A stretch of 61,803 nucleotides of DNA, counting the filler, from Candidatus Woesearchaeota archaeon (GTDB lineage: Archaea > Nanobdellota > Nanobdellia > Woesearchaeales > B72-G16), in NCBI GenBank assembly GCA_003650545.1. It is 4 parts of 4 records of this genome, joined end to end, with 100 filler letters (N's around TTAATTAATTAA, not from the genome) between each part and the next. Parts side by side here need not be neighbours in the genome. Positions count along the whole stretch, not along the records: positions 1 to 16,736 come from QMQO01000030.1; positions 16,837 to 32,852 come from QMQO01000031.1; 2 more parts are not named here. The stretch is one strand, 5' to 3'. The notes beneath the pieces are model-generated. The model was not told the DNA's origin, ran no database searches, and worked only from the letters and a program-made list of their open reading frames with translations. Positions 12,301 to 21,125 of the stretch are shown here, piece by piece. The position numbers and the translations under genes were made by a program. Positions within the stretch are counted from its first letter, which is position 1; each line of letters begins with the position of its first letter.

Positions 12301-15300
12301 TTAACCGCGGAAGTATTATTTACTTGCGAAAATCAGGGCACTGAAAGCCAGGAATGCGCTGATGAGGAAGAATCAGGAGTCAAAGATGAAGAAGCGGAAT
12401 CCGAAGGTAATAAGGATAACAAAAATAAATCTATAACTAAGAATAAGCCTGAAAATATCGAAGCGCTAGAAAAGATTGGTCTTAGTGGTAGCTTAGACGG
12501 AAAGATTATTACTATTAATGGAAAGAGCAGAAAATTATACCTCTGGCTGGCAGAGCGCGGGATATTTCATTCAAAAGAATTAGAAGAGCTAGAGGGAGAG
12601 CTTGATAGATTTTGGGGTTTGGTTAAACGGGATGACCGCAGTTACAATCTTGAGTGGGTTGAGCAGTATATCGTAGAACAAGCCAAAAAGATTGGTGAAG
12701 ATGATAGCGAAATTAGAAGGCGCATAAGTAGTATTGAGAAAAAAGCAGAAGAAGCAGTGAGAAACAAAGCAGGAATGGCAGCTCTTAAGATTAAGCATCC
12801 CCGGGTATATAAAGCAAAGATTAAGAGATGGAAGAAGTTTTATTTAATTGGTTCCAAGCCGTCTGACAAGAAATTAGTTAGCGAAGAATCTCTTCTTATT
12901 TGGGCAAAGAAGGTTGAGTTATACGGCTATCTAAACTTGGGAGATTTACTCATGCCGGTAAATGAGGATGGCAATATTATTAGAGAATTAATTGAATGGA
13001 TACCAATGGGGCAAGTAGCGCCTGCTGAATATCATTCTGCTAAAAAAGTGCCCCTTTATCAGCTTGTTAGCGTTCTTGCCAATACTCAGATAAAGCTATT
13101 CACATATTTAGGAATTGTTTTACCTGCGGCATTAGCGCTTGGCACGGTTTTACCGTTTAGCGCCACAGTGCTCGGCGCAGCTAAGAATCAGGGCATTGCA
13201 GAAGCAATTGTATTAATTTCTGAACAGGTAGAGAGGTTAGAGGAAGTTTATTTTGAGATCGGCGCCAATGAATACGAAGATATTTTACTATTATACGTTC
13301 AGCCCGGTGTATTAGTGAACCAGGGCGGCGCAGCAGTAATAAGATTAGCAGATGGGAGGGTCGCCGTAGCAGTAGAAAAAGATAAGGCTTATCTCTTACG
13401 CCATGAATTAGCCGAATACGCTTATTTTAAAGATAACCATATCAGCAAAGCTGATCAAAAAGTTGCAGGATGGGCGCATAATTTCGCACTCAGCGTGCAA
13501 GATCAGGTTATTATTCCTGATCGGTACACAGGAGAATTTGAGCAGACAGCCTTGCCCGTTACTGTTATGAGCATAAAAGAAGACGGTGTAGCCTCAGAAG
13601 ATATCACGGATAAGGAGAGATTAATTCAATTAGCCAGGATTGCCGCATTCGAATTACCTAACACCATGGAATTTGCAAAACGTCCTGCAAACAGCAGAAC
13701 GCTTTCTATTAATTTATCGAAATCATTTTATTCCGGAGTCTTATCATTCAAAACAGACGTTGATAATAATAAATTTGGTATTATTAGTGCAGCACAGACC
13801 GCTGCGGTTGTTTATTTAGGAGAAGGCAAGGAGGAAGTAGTTTTAATTGCCGGCGGAATCTGGGGTTGTTCATCAGTTGCACTTATCGGAGAAAAAGACA
13901 AAGAGGTAGTTATAGCTTTAGCCCACAATATGCCTTATGAAGTCAAGCAGGTAAAGGTAGCAGATGTTAAAGGAACCACAATTAAAGAAGCCTTGTTCTT
14001 GCCGCAAACAAGAGCAGCCATAAAGGAATTGCGCGCAGAAGGCGTGGTTAATCTTAGGGCTTTTGTACACGGTTATTCAGTTGCTCTTTACATGCAAGAG
14101 AGAAATATTACCCTTAAAGTTTTAGAGCAGGATTTGGGTATTCCTGTTGAGGGTTTTGATAGCAAAGACGGATATAGAAACGGATATGATATAGAGAATT
14201 TACCGCCCACTATGGTGGTAGCTAATAGAAAGGGTGTAGCGGTATTTTATCCAGGCATACGGCACAGTGAAAAAGTAAGAGTGCACCTTTGGAGAGCCGA
14301 AAGGTCAGGCGAAGAGAAAGACCAAAGAGAAGAAGATAGCAAGAAAGAAAAAGATAGCAGTCAAGGTAAGGGCGAAAAGCAGAATAAGGCAACCCAAGAA
14401 AAAGCAGCAAAACCTGCTTTACCTGAAGATAAGAAAGAAAATGCCGGACTAAGTACTAATTTAACCAGCGCAATAAAAAATAAGCTTTTATTAAGTAAGA
14501 TATTTAACAGAACTATACATTATGTTTCCGGGTTAAAGGTAGACTTAAAATATAAATTGCAGGCAGCTTTTGCAGCCGCCTCAAGAATCGTATTGCTTTT
14601 ACCTGATATTCTTGGCCCGCCCCTAGCAGCATTTAGACAATTTATTAAATTCCTTATTGCTTACTTAGTTCCGCTGAAGACAGGCCCACCGCAAGAATTA
14701 TCAATAAAATCTACAAATAATTTCAATCCTTTCTTTATAACCGTCTTAATAAATAAATTTAATAATAAGCCGTCACTTCCAACTATAAACAATTTACTTA
14801 ACCGTGGCCGGTTAGTAAAAGTTGTGGTGGCGGCTTTTGTATCTGTTAGCCTCGGCATAGCTTATATGTCTGTTTCACCTTCCGTGGCTGGTGGGGGAGA
14901 GGCATTATTCCAAGCTGCCGGGGCTATAAATTATACGCCGCAGAATGTCCTAATATCTACCGTGGCAGGTGTTTTAGGGCTGGCGGCAATTGTTGTATTC
15001 AGAGGCCACAGGGCCTTGGGCCTCCCCAAGATTGACCCCTCTGTGGCTTCTGATACAACTAATAAGATTAGGAGATTAACAGATAGAATTTACAGATTAT
15101 TAACGCAGCTGCAATTCCTACTTACCGTGGCAGGTATGGGAGTAGCAGCAATTGTTGTATCCAGAGCCCGCAGAGCCCCGGGCCTCCCCGGGAATGACCC
15201 CTCTGCGGCCTCTGATACAACTATCGGATTTATTTATTTCTCTAATTTTGAAGAAGAAGTTGTCCAACCGCAATCTCTTGGTACGAAAAATTCCTCTGCG

Positions 15301-16736
15301 GCCCTTGATGCAGCTGGAGGCAATACGAATGCGGTCGAGGTTATAGAGCAGCATAATTGGGCGTATTTGAGCTGGTGGAAAGGATATCTCGCAGGCAGAA
15401 TAGCTTTCGGTTCTATTTTAATCAATATAGACTACCATGCCGATTTATTCCCCGGATGGTTTAGGTTGACTCCCAAGGACGGCTCCGCCTGGGCAAAATT
15501 AAAGGATGCCGAAAAATTAGCCTTAATAAAAGAATACGCCGGCAAGATAGATTGCGCTCGATATGTCGGCCCGGCTGTTTATGACGGACTTTTCGATGAA
15601 ATATACTGGGTTGTGCCGGGATGGGTCAGAGACAGCAAAGGCAGAGGCTATGTAGATTATAGCAGCGGCCACGGCAGATATTATCTGGCCAGGGTTTCGG
15701 CGGTTAACAGAGAGGACCCCGAAGACACTATTTCCTTATTCTATTTCGGCCCAGGCAAACAGCTGCTTTTAGAGGGCTCAGAGTATCATTTGGGAGATAA
15801 GACATACCTCATCTCCGCATTGCAGGAGAATCAGATAAGGCAGATAGCTATTCATGCGGTTACGCCGGAAGAGCTCCCTGATTTCAAAGATGAGAAATGT
15901 GCCAGGGTTTTAACCTGGGATGTGGATAGCGTCCCCGGAGCAGGCAGCTATGAATTTATCAAGGATACAATAGAGATTTTAAGACAGAGGAGCGTTAACC
16001 CGGCTGACATAAGCATTGCCCAATCCCTGGGAATCAATCCCGAAGGAAGCATACCCCAGGAGAAGATAGCAGAGATTACCAAGAGCTTAGTCTCCAATCT
16101 CGCCTCCGCTGCTTCGCAGAGAGGCAGTGTTAATGGTTTAGGCTCAATAGTTGCCGGCGTGGTTTCCCTGGTTGCCGGCTTTGCCGCCTGGAAGCTGATT
16201 CCGGCAGCCATCCTGGCGAACATCTCCGGAGCCGGATTAGGCCTGATAGGCCTATTCTTCATTGCTCAGGCAATGGCAATTATTCATACCTTTATAAAGC
16301 AGGGCGGAATCAGGGGTTCTCCTTGGGCTACTTCTATTGCTCAGGCAGAAAGAAATCAAATCAGACAACACCCCGCATTCAAATATTTACCTAAGCTCTC
16401 CCAGGTTTCCATCCTCAGGCATGAACAGGCCCACCTTGAAGGCAAAGGCGAAATAAGAGCATATCTAACTCAGGCGTTATATCTGGTCCACGACATAGTC
16501 AAATCGATTATGTTCAAGCCGCAATCTCCTATTGTGCCTGCACGCCGAACTGCCGGATCCAACCGGGGTGGTTCGGCGTTACGGCACGCAGGCGTGGCAG
16601 GAAGAGAAGTGCTAGAAATTGCACAAAAGGGCCTCGGGTTTGAAGGAGTCCGTGGCCTCCTTAATAGGCTTGGGGCCCTTAGTGTAATGCTCAAAGGAGG
16701 TGTAGTAAGATGGGTAAGATTAATTTCCAAGATTTA
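1..16736 (+). CDS. Giant multidomain protein, partial at both ends (>5578 aa), probably secreted or membrane-associated
   Basis: Frame 1 has no stop from nt 1 (EINALSSLQSDIANRF...) to the spacer at 16737. The TTG start at 91 in the ORF track falls inside a repeat and is not a real start. Multiple recognisable domains and TM segments are present. Confidence 0.95.
541..1090 (+). repeat. ~80-aa beta-rich protein repeat, about 2.3 copies
   Basis: TGKIY..QGKQELFY..GYTIESADGLTRTRYD..DGSQ / TGKVY..QGIQEFYY..GYTIESADGLSRTYYD..DGSQ / TGRVR..QGVQQFFY; units start about 547, 784 and 1027. Confidence 0.85.
2917..3070 (+). other. J-domain (DnaJ-like) within the giant protein
   Basis: AYEILGL...EVRDAYTRLARQYHPDKGG...INKVFELI; HPD at 3004-3012. 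Confidence 0.92.
3406..4110 (+). other. Calcineurin-like/PPP metallophosphatase domain within the giant protein
   Basis: Ordered motifs DIH (3421), GDLIHG, GNHE (3661), HAG, LWDR, GHT (3955). Confidence 0.9.
4996..6720 (+). other. SecA-like SF2 ATPase domain within the giant protein
   Basis: SecA-ordered motifs: RHYNPGQ, SGGKT (5080), ATVDD (Walker B-like, 5485), ISAILAVK (~LHQAIEAKE), TLESTSYADVF (~TLASITFQNYF), FSGT (6220), QRGGR (6679, ~QLRGR). Confidence 0.75.
11479..11940 (+). other. Class II CCA-adding/poly(A) polymerase-like nucleotidyltransferase domain
   Basis: FAGGTARRMLWG...DVDI, ATINQ (~DFTINA), QDARNNILR, LAFVRLMAEF (~LRAxRFAA). Confidence 0.7.
13840..14100 (+). other. CheD/CNF1/YfiH-like Cys-His domain (putative deamidase)
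   Basis: GGIWGCSSVALIG...IALAHNMP, with Cys at 13867 and His at 13924; spacing resembles CheD LGSCVxV...MAHIMLP. Confidence 0.5.
14992..15059. repeat. 68-nt palindromic hairpin element, copy 1 (inside the CDS)
   Basis: GTTGTAT-T-CAGAGGCCACAGGG-C-CTTGGG-CCTC-CCCAAG-ATTGACCC-CTCTGTGGCTTCTG-ATACAAC; long stem plus inner 6-bp stem. Confidence 0.85.
15154..15221. repeat. 68-nt palindromic hairpin element, copy 2 (inside the CDS, 162 nt after copy 1)
   Basis: 57/68 identical to copy 1, with differences mostly compensatory; ~30 nt of upstream flank is also duplicated (ACCGTGGCAGGT at 14959 and 15124). Confidence 0.85.
15331..16030 (+). other. UPF0489-like (arginase/deacetylase-fold) metal-binding domain
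   Basis: VIEQHNWAYLSW...LINIDYHADL...IDCARYV...IYWV...LTWDVD...ISIAQS. Confidence 0.6.
16408..16465 (+). other. Zincin metallopeptidase-like motif
   Basis: ILRHEQAHLEGKGEIRAY: canonical HExxH (16420-16434) plus a downstream Glu. Confidence 0.6.
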
Positions 16737-16836
16737 NNNNNNNNNNNNNNNNNNNNNNNNNNNNNNNNNNNNNNNNNNNNTTAATTAATTAANNNNNNNN
16801 NNNNNNNNNNNNNNNNNNNNNNNNNNNNNNNNNNNN
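16737..16836. other. Artificial contig spacer
   Basis: N44-TTAATTAATTAA-N44 (stops in all six frames). Confidence 0.99.
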
Positions 16837-16971
16837 GCGCTTTGATGGCATATAAGCCTTTGCATCGGACTTGGGAAGGGTTATCACCTCTATTCTCGGA
16901 TCATTGTCAGGATCAAAATCTGCTTTTTTGCTCTTCCGAGACTTGCGCTTACTAGACTTGCGTTTCTTCAT
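16837..16971 (-). CDS. Small basic hypothetical protein, 3' truncated
   Basis: ATG at 16971 preceded by AGGAGGTG RBS; runs into the spacer. Confidence 0.6.
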
Positions 16972-16985
16972 GTCTTCTTCACCTC

Positions 16986-17927
16986 CTACTCAATCAGGAA
17001 TTCTGTAAGACCTAACTTTTCGGCCATTCTTCTCATCTTTTTTATAGCTCTTAGTTCAACTATCCTGACCCATTCCCTGCTCACAGGCGGATCGAACATC
17101 TTGCCTATTTCATCGAGCGTATAAATCTTATCTTGTTTGCCTTTTCTCAGTGCCAGCACCATTAACTCTTTCGGGTCCAATGTATCGGCCATTTCTTTCA
17201 GCCGCTTCTTGAGATCTTTATGCAGCGTATAATCCATAGGATTTAGTGCGTTTTTGTCTTCAACAGCATCTGCAACCAAAACAGGACTTTCCGAATCATA
17301 TGAAACAACATCATCAAGCGATACGATGGTGAAGTCAGCAGTCAGCAGTCCAATTGCCTTCTCTTTACTGATTTCCATTGCTTCTGCTATTTCTTCATAT
17401 GTTGCTTCTCTTGAAAGCTGAAGCCGAAGATCATTTTGAATGTATCTTGCAAAGTTGACATGTTCGGCAACATGTTCGGGAAGCCGAACAAGTTTTTCGC
17501 GTTTTATGATCAGCCTTCTGATAAAACTGCGAATGTGCCATGTAGCATACGTAGAAAATCTGAAGTTCTTCCGATAGTCGAATTTTTCGGCTGCCCTTAT
17601 TAGACCGAGATTGCCGCTCTGTATAAGATCAGCATATTCAAGATTTGTGTGATTACGAATGTATTTTTTGGCTATATTTACGACAAGTTTGAGATTTCTC
17701 TCTACAAGAACATTTCTCAGACTGACTATTTCTTTTTCAAGCTCTGCAGTCTTCTGCTCAATTTCCCCGGCCATTTCCGGTGAATTTCTGGCGCTTTCCT
17801 CTAATTCCCTTATTTCCTCTTTTATTTCATATATCCGTTTTGAATACTCCTTTTCCTCATCCGGACTCATAAGAGGAATATTTCTTATGGATTCAAGGTA
17901 TGCTTCAAGCGAAGAACTACTCTGCAT
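16986..17927 (-). CDS. RNA polymerase sigma-70 factor (RpoD/RpoS-like, lacking region 1.1)
   Basis: Region 1.2 [11 protein letters not shown]; region 2 [41 protein letters not shown]; region 4 TLDEIG..VSREWVR. Confidence 0.95.
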   Translation of the reverse strand: MQSSSSLEAYLESIRNIPLMSPDEEKEYSKRIYEIKEEIRELEESARNSPEMAGEIEQKTAELEKEIVSLRNVLVERNLKLVVNIAKKYIRNHTNLEYADLIQSGNLGLIRAAEKFDYRKNFRFSTYATWHIRSFIRRLIIKREKLVRLPEHVAEHVNFARYIQNDLRLQLSREATYEEIAEAMEISKEKAIGLLTADFTIVSLDDVVSYDSESPVLVADAVEDKNALNPMDYTLHKDLKKRLKEMADTLDPKELMVLALRKGKQDKIYTLDEIGKMFDPPVSREWVRIVELRAIKKMRRMAEKLGLTEFLIE

Positions 17928-17941
17928 AGTTTGTGCTCCTA

Positions 17942-18262
17942 TTATACTTCTGCGTGATCTTCTATTCTGTACTTGGGAAAAGGAATACCCAGAATGCTTC
18001 CCTTTTCCAGTACGATTCTTGCGTAGCCATAGGTTCTCTTTAATACATACAGAAGAATACTCACGGTCACACAGACGAATCCTGCTGCTATCATGCTGGT
18101 TACTGCCCCGCCGAGGAAGATATATGTTGCAATCGTTGTAATTAAATCAGTAAAAAGCGGATGCCCCAGCATCAGTCGTCTGAGTAACGGGCGTATCTTC
18201 ATAATCAGAAAGAAAAACGCCCCGAAAGTCAGGGCGCCGAGAGTTAATGCTGTAACTATCAT
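17942..18262 (-). CDS. Small membrane protein (~3 TM)
   Basis: Hydrophobic helices; translationally coupled to the upstream ORF. Confidence 0.7.
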   Translation of the reverse strand: MIVTALTLGALTFGAFFFLIMKIRPLLRRLMLGHPLFTDLITTIATYIFLGGAVTSMIAAGFVCVTVSILLYVLKRTYGYARIVLEKGSILGIPFPKYRIEDHAEV

Positions 18263-18702
18263 TTTAGATCTCCTCCTTCCTCTTTCTCCATAAGGACTGC
18301 TTCTATCATCCCCAGGGGAAAAGTGTACATCCTGTGAAACTGGTCTGCCACAGCAGATATTACATCTGATGGAGGCAACTTGCCTCCGAGTATCCCGGAA
18401 AGAGCAACCGATGCAGCAACTATGAGCGAATATACTTCTGCATCAATAAGTCTAGCGGCGAACGGGATTATGCCCTTGTTTTCTATTCTTGATGCTCTCC
18501 CTATTAATTCTTTTACAGTATCACTTCCTACTGATTTCCCAAGATAGTAAAGAGTTTCATCCAGTTCTTCCTCAAGTGCAGATCTGAGTGCCACAAGATC
18601 GTCCGCGGCAAGCAGACTGAGCTTTCTGTAAAGAGCAGGATCTTTGTCCTTTACTATTTCGGCATATATATTCAGATCGGGATCGTGCTCAAACAGTCTC
18701 AT
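18259..18702 (-). CDS. Hypothetical protein
   Basis: ORF in a tightly packed minus-strand operon; GAGGTG RBS. Confidence 0.7.
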   Translation of the reverse strand: MRLFEHDPDLNIYAEIVKDKDPALYRKLSLLAADDLVALRSALEEELDETLYYLGKSVGSDTVKELIGRASRIENKGIIPFAARLIDAEVYSLIVAASVALSGILGGKLPPSDVISAVADQFHRMYTFPLGMIEAVLMEKEEGGDLK

Positions 18703-19018
18703 TTTTCACCTCTTCTTCAGATGTCGCGTTGCTATCAACATTGAAGTCTGTTTCTATCGTTTCTCTGTCCTTTTCGTGATAACCCTCATCTATAGCTCTG
18801 ATTATCCGCTTAATTGGACTATTATCGCTGGAAGCTGTTCCTTTGTAGGCAGCCACTACCTCTTTAGTGAAATCAACTACATCTCTCCACCTTCTTCCAG
18901 CACCTCTTGCTATATGTTCATATGACTCAAGCTGTGTCACTTTTTTCATAAGTCTCCGCCCCCTTCCTGCATTGGCTGCTATTTCTATTGCTGCTGATCT
19001 AAATTTCTTGTTCGGCAT
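18689..19018 (-). CDS. Hypothetical protein (start probably MPNKK)
   Basis: ATG at 19018 with GGAGG RBS; the ORF track extends it to 19084. Confidence 0.65.
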   Translation of the reverse strand: MPNKKFRSAAIEIAANAGRGRRLMKKVTQLESYEHIARGAGRRWRDVVDFTKEVVAAYKGTASSDNSPIKRIIRAIDEGYHEKDRETIETDFNVDSNATSEEEVKNETV

Positions 19019-19128
19019 TGTGTTATCCTCCCTTCTCTGTCCAAAAAAGGTAAATTTATGGACATGTTTTTGTGTTCTGTCCACAGTATGGACATGTTAA
19101 ATCGTAATAACGTTCATCCTTCCCCTGT

Positions 19129-19153
19129 AACACCCTCTCAGACGCACGAGAAT
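19129..19153. repeat. 25-bp exact intergenic repeat, copy 1
   Basis: AACACCCTCTCAGACGCACGAGAAT, identical to 29936-29960. Confidence 0.9.
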
Positions 19154-19245
19154 GCCCCAGAATCGATTTTAATTAGCGTACCCATATCTTATCCTACCTG
19201 AACCATAAAAACGCAATACAGCGCAAATTTGGAGCTCTGACGGCA

Positions 19246-19428
19246 TTATGGCAGCTCAACTATCACATAGTCGAATGCTATATTTTCGTCTGCATACTCT
19301 CTAGCTTCTTTTTCACTCTCGAAAACTGCCAGTCTCTCGTCTTCCATAACTATCGCTATATAGTCTGCAGTATTGTACTCCACTATTATATACATAATTA
19401 TTTTCCTCCTTACTTTATACTTTGCCAA
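19246..19428 (-). CDS. Small hypothetical protein
   Basis: Short ORF directly after the ligase; the true start may be the internal MYIIV with an AGGAGG RBS. Confidence 0.55.
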   Translation of the reverse strand: MAKYKVRRKIIMYIIVEYNTADYIAIVMEDERLAVFESEKEAREYADENIAFDYVIVELP

Positions 19429-20072
19429 TCTGGAACAACTAGCGTCACATACGGAGAAGCAATGTAAAAACTGGCTTTTCGTTTTATTACTATACCCTCT
19501 TCGCCTATAAGTTTAATGAAATCAAAGTATTCTCTCAATGCATCATAGTCCATATCACTGAAGAACTTCAGAAACTTCAGAGAAGCAATGCCACCTGTTA
19601 CTGATTCAGCTGCTTTACAAATTCTTGCTAAATCGTGTTTCCTCCAGATCAGTGGCATGGATGGAGTTTCGAATCTCACAAGATCGAATGCATAGTAGTA
19701 TCCAGGACTACCTTTCTTTATAGATGGTATGCTTTCTCTTCCATTTTCACCGCATAACTCACCGTCTACCACGAAGTCATCATCATCTAACTTCTGGACG
19801 GATTCTATGATGTACTGTATTCCCTTCCATGATGTGATATCTTTGAGAGATTTCCGCAGGTATGCATTTACTGCACCGTGATCCTTAACTATTATTACTC
19901 TCCAGCCATCTTTCTTTGGTTCTGCTATCCAGTTCTCTTTGATGTCTTTTGGAACTGTTTTACATGGTGCAGGCTTGGGGGGGTAGAACGGCCATCTAAC
20001 GATGTTACTCGATTCCATAAAACCTTTTTTCCCTTGTATAGTCTCTAATGTCTTCATACAATCTGTATGCAA
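19410..20072 (-). CDS. Minimal ATP-dependent DNA ligase (adenylation domain only)
   Basis: Motif I EPKKDGWR, III VDGEL, IIIa YAFDL, IV EGIVIK, V WQSIK then stop; start may be ATG 20018. Confidence 0.85.
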   Translation of the reverse strand: MHTDCMKTLETIQGKKGFMESSNIVRWPFYPPKPAPCKTVPKDIKENWIAEPKKDGWRVIIVKDHGAVNAYLRKSLKDITSWKGIQYIIESVQKLDDDDFVVDGELCGENGRESIPSIKKGSPGYYYAFDLVRFETPSMPLIWRKHDLARICKAAESVTGGIASLKFLKFFSDMDYDALREYFDFIKLIGEEGIVIKRKASFYIASPYVTLVVPDWQSIK

Positions 20073-20517
20073 GATGGCTGTTTATTTCTTCTTTCTTGTA
20101 TGATTCCATTATCTTCTCAAACTCACTCATCAGTCTGTCCCACGCTTCCGGGCTTATATTAGCAAACTTGTTTTTGACTCTCTTATCAAACATTTCGGCT
20201 GTCTGAAGTTTCCCGCCGAATATAGCAAGCCCGCTTTTGACATCTATGTGGGACTCCAACCCAGCGAAGTTCACGACCTCTATTTCCAACGTGGGTTCAT
20301 TGGAGCTATCTGGAGGGAAAGTACTGGCTTTCCCCGGTCTGGAATTTCCACCCCATTTTCCCTGTTTAGCTCTGGCAAAGAAAGTTGCTCTCGCGAGCCC
20401 CAGCGACTTCGCTGTCTCATCATCGAAACCGAGATATCTTGCTGTCTTATAGTACCATGCAGCACATATTGGAAAACGGTTTATAGCTTCGTTAGCTCTT
20501 AGTCTTGCATGTCCCAT
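20005..20517 (-). CDS. Hypothetical protein between PolX and ligase
   Basis: Coupled ORF; N-terminal INRFPICAAWYYKTARYLGFDDETAKSLG. Confidence 0.75.
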   Translation of the reverse strand: MGHARLRANEAINRFPICAAWYYKTARYLGFDDETAKSLGLARATFFARAKQGKWGGNSRPGKASTFPPDSSNEPTLEIEVVNFAGLESHIDVKSGLAIFGGKLQTAEMFDKRVKNKFANISPEAWDRLMSEFEKIMESYKKEEINSHLAYRLYEDIRDYTREKRFYGIE

Positions 20518-21091
20518 TTTTCTTTGCCCCCTTATCTTTATGATCTTGCTTTATGGCTTTCCATGCAGCAGTTTTCTCTCTGTCTTTCGGATCCACAAAA
20601 TCCATATTGAGTGCCTCAAATATTTCCTCTTCTGTAACAGATGCAACAAGCTCACCCGTATCTCTCTTGAAGAGTCCATATTCATTAAGAAGGAATCCCA
20701 TTCTCTTCGCTATGGTTCTCATATCTATATTGAACTCTGCGGATCCTGTAAGATAGAGTAAACGGGCACCCCACTCTCCCTCCCTCGCAAAGTGAAGATC
20801 GAACTGTATCCCGTTAAACTTCCGTCTTACCCTGTCCCTTCCTATTACTCCCTTCTCGAAGTCTTCAGACATTTCGCATATCTTCCGTATGATATCTTCA
20901 GTATTTTCATTGGTCTCTATTTTGGCCACTATATCCATATCCTTTATTATTTCTTTTCCTCGTCTGTACGATCCGGCAATCTGATATACCTCTATTGAAG
21001 GGTGTGCTTCAAGGACATAAAGGATGGGCTTGATTTTATGATATGCTTCTCCCACTTTCACCTTCTTTACAGACTTAGCCACTTTAGACAT
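20492..21091 (-). CDS. polX: Minimal family X DNA polymerase (palm+thumb only)
   Basis: AGSYRRGK..DMDI, QFDL, LLYLTGSAEFNIDMR, LNEYGL, EEEIFEALNM..PKDRE. Confidence 0.92.
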   Translation of the reverse strand: MSKVAKSVKKVKVGEAYHKIKPILYVLEAHPSIEVYQIAGSYRRGKEIIKDMDIVAKIETNENTEDIIRKICEMSEDFEKGVIGRDRVRRKFNGIQFDLHFAREGEWGARLLYLTGSAEFNIDMRTIAKRMGFLLNEYGLFKRDTGELVASVTEEEIFEALNMDFVDPKDREKTAAWKAIKQDHKDKGAKKNGTCKTKS

Positions 21092-21125
21092 TTGTGATTG
21101 GTACCTCCTTGGTTTTTCCTTCTCC

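Noticed and set aside
14992..15221. GTTG...CAAC repeats as a CRISPR array or integron attC sites
   Set aside because: The units are 68 nt, there are only two, they are in frame in a CDS and no cas genes are present. The end orientation (GTT...AAC) is opposite to attC.
1332..16730. Numerous minus-strand ORFs (for example 1332-2075, 6945-7415)
   Set aside because: Antisense shadows of the giant gene with no recognisable motifs.
16737..16836. TTAATTAATTAA palindrome within N runs (also at 32853-32952 and 47368-47467)
   Set aside because: Artificial contig linker. Adjacency across it has no biological meaning, and ORF-track ends inside it (16788, 16789) are artefacts.
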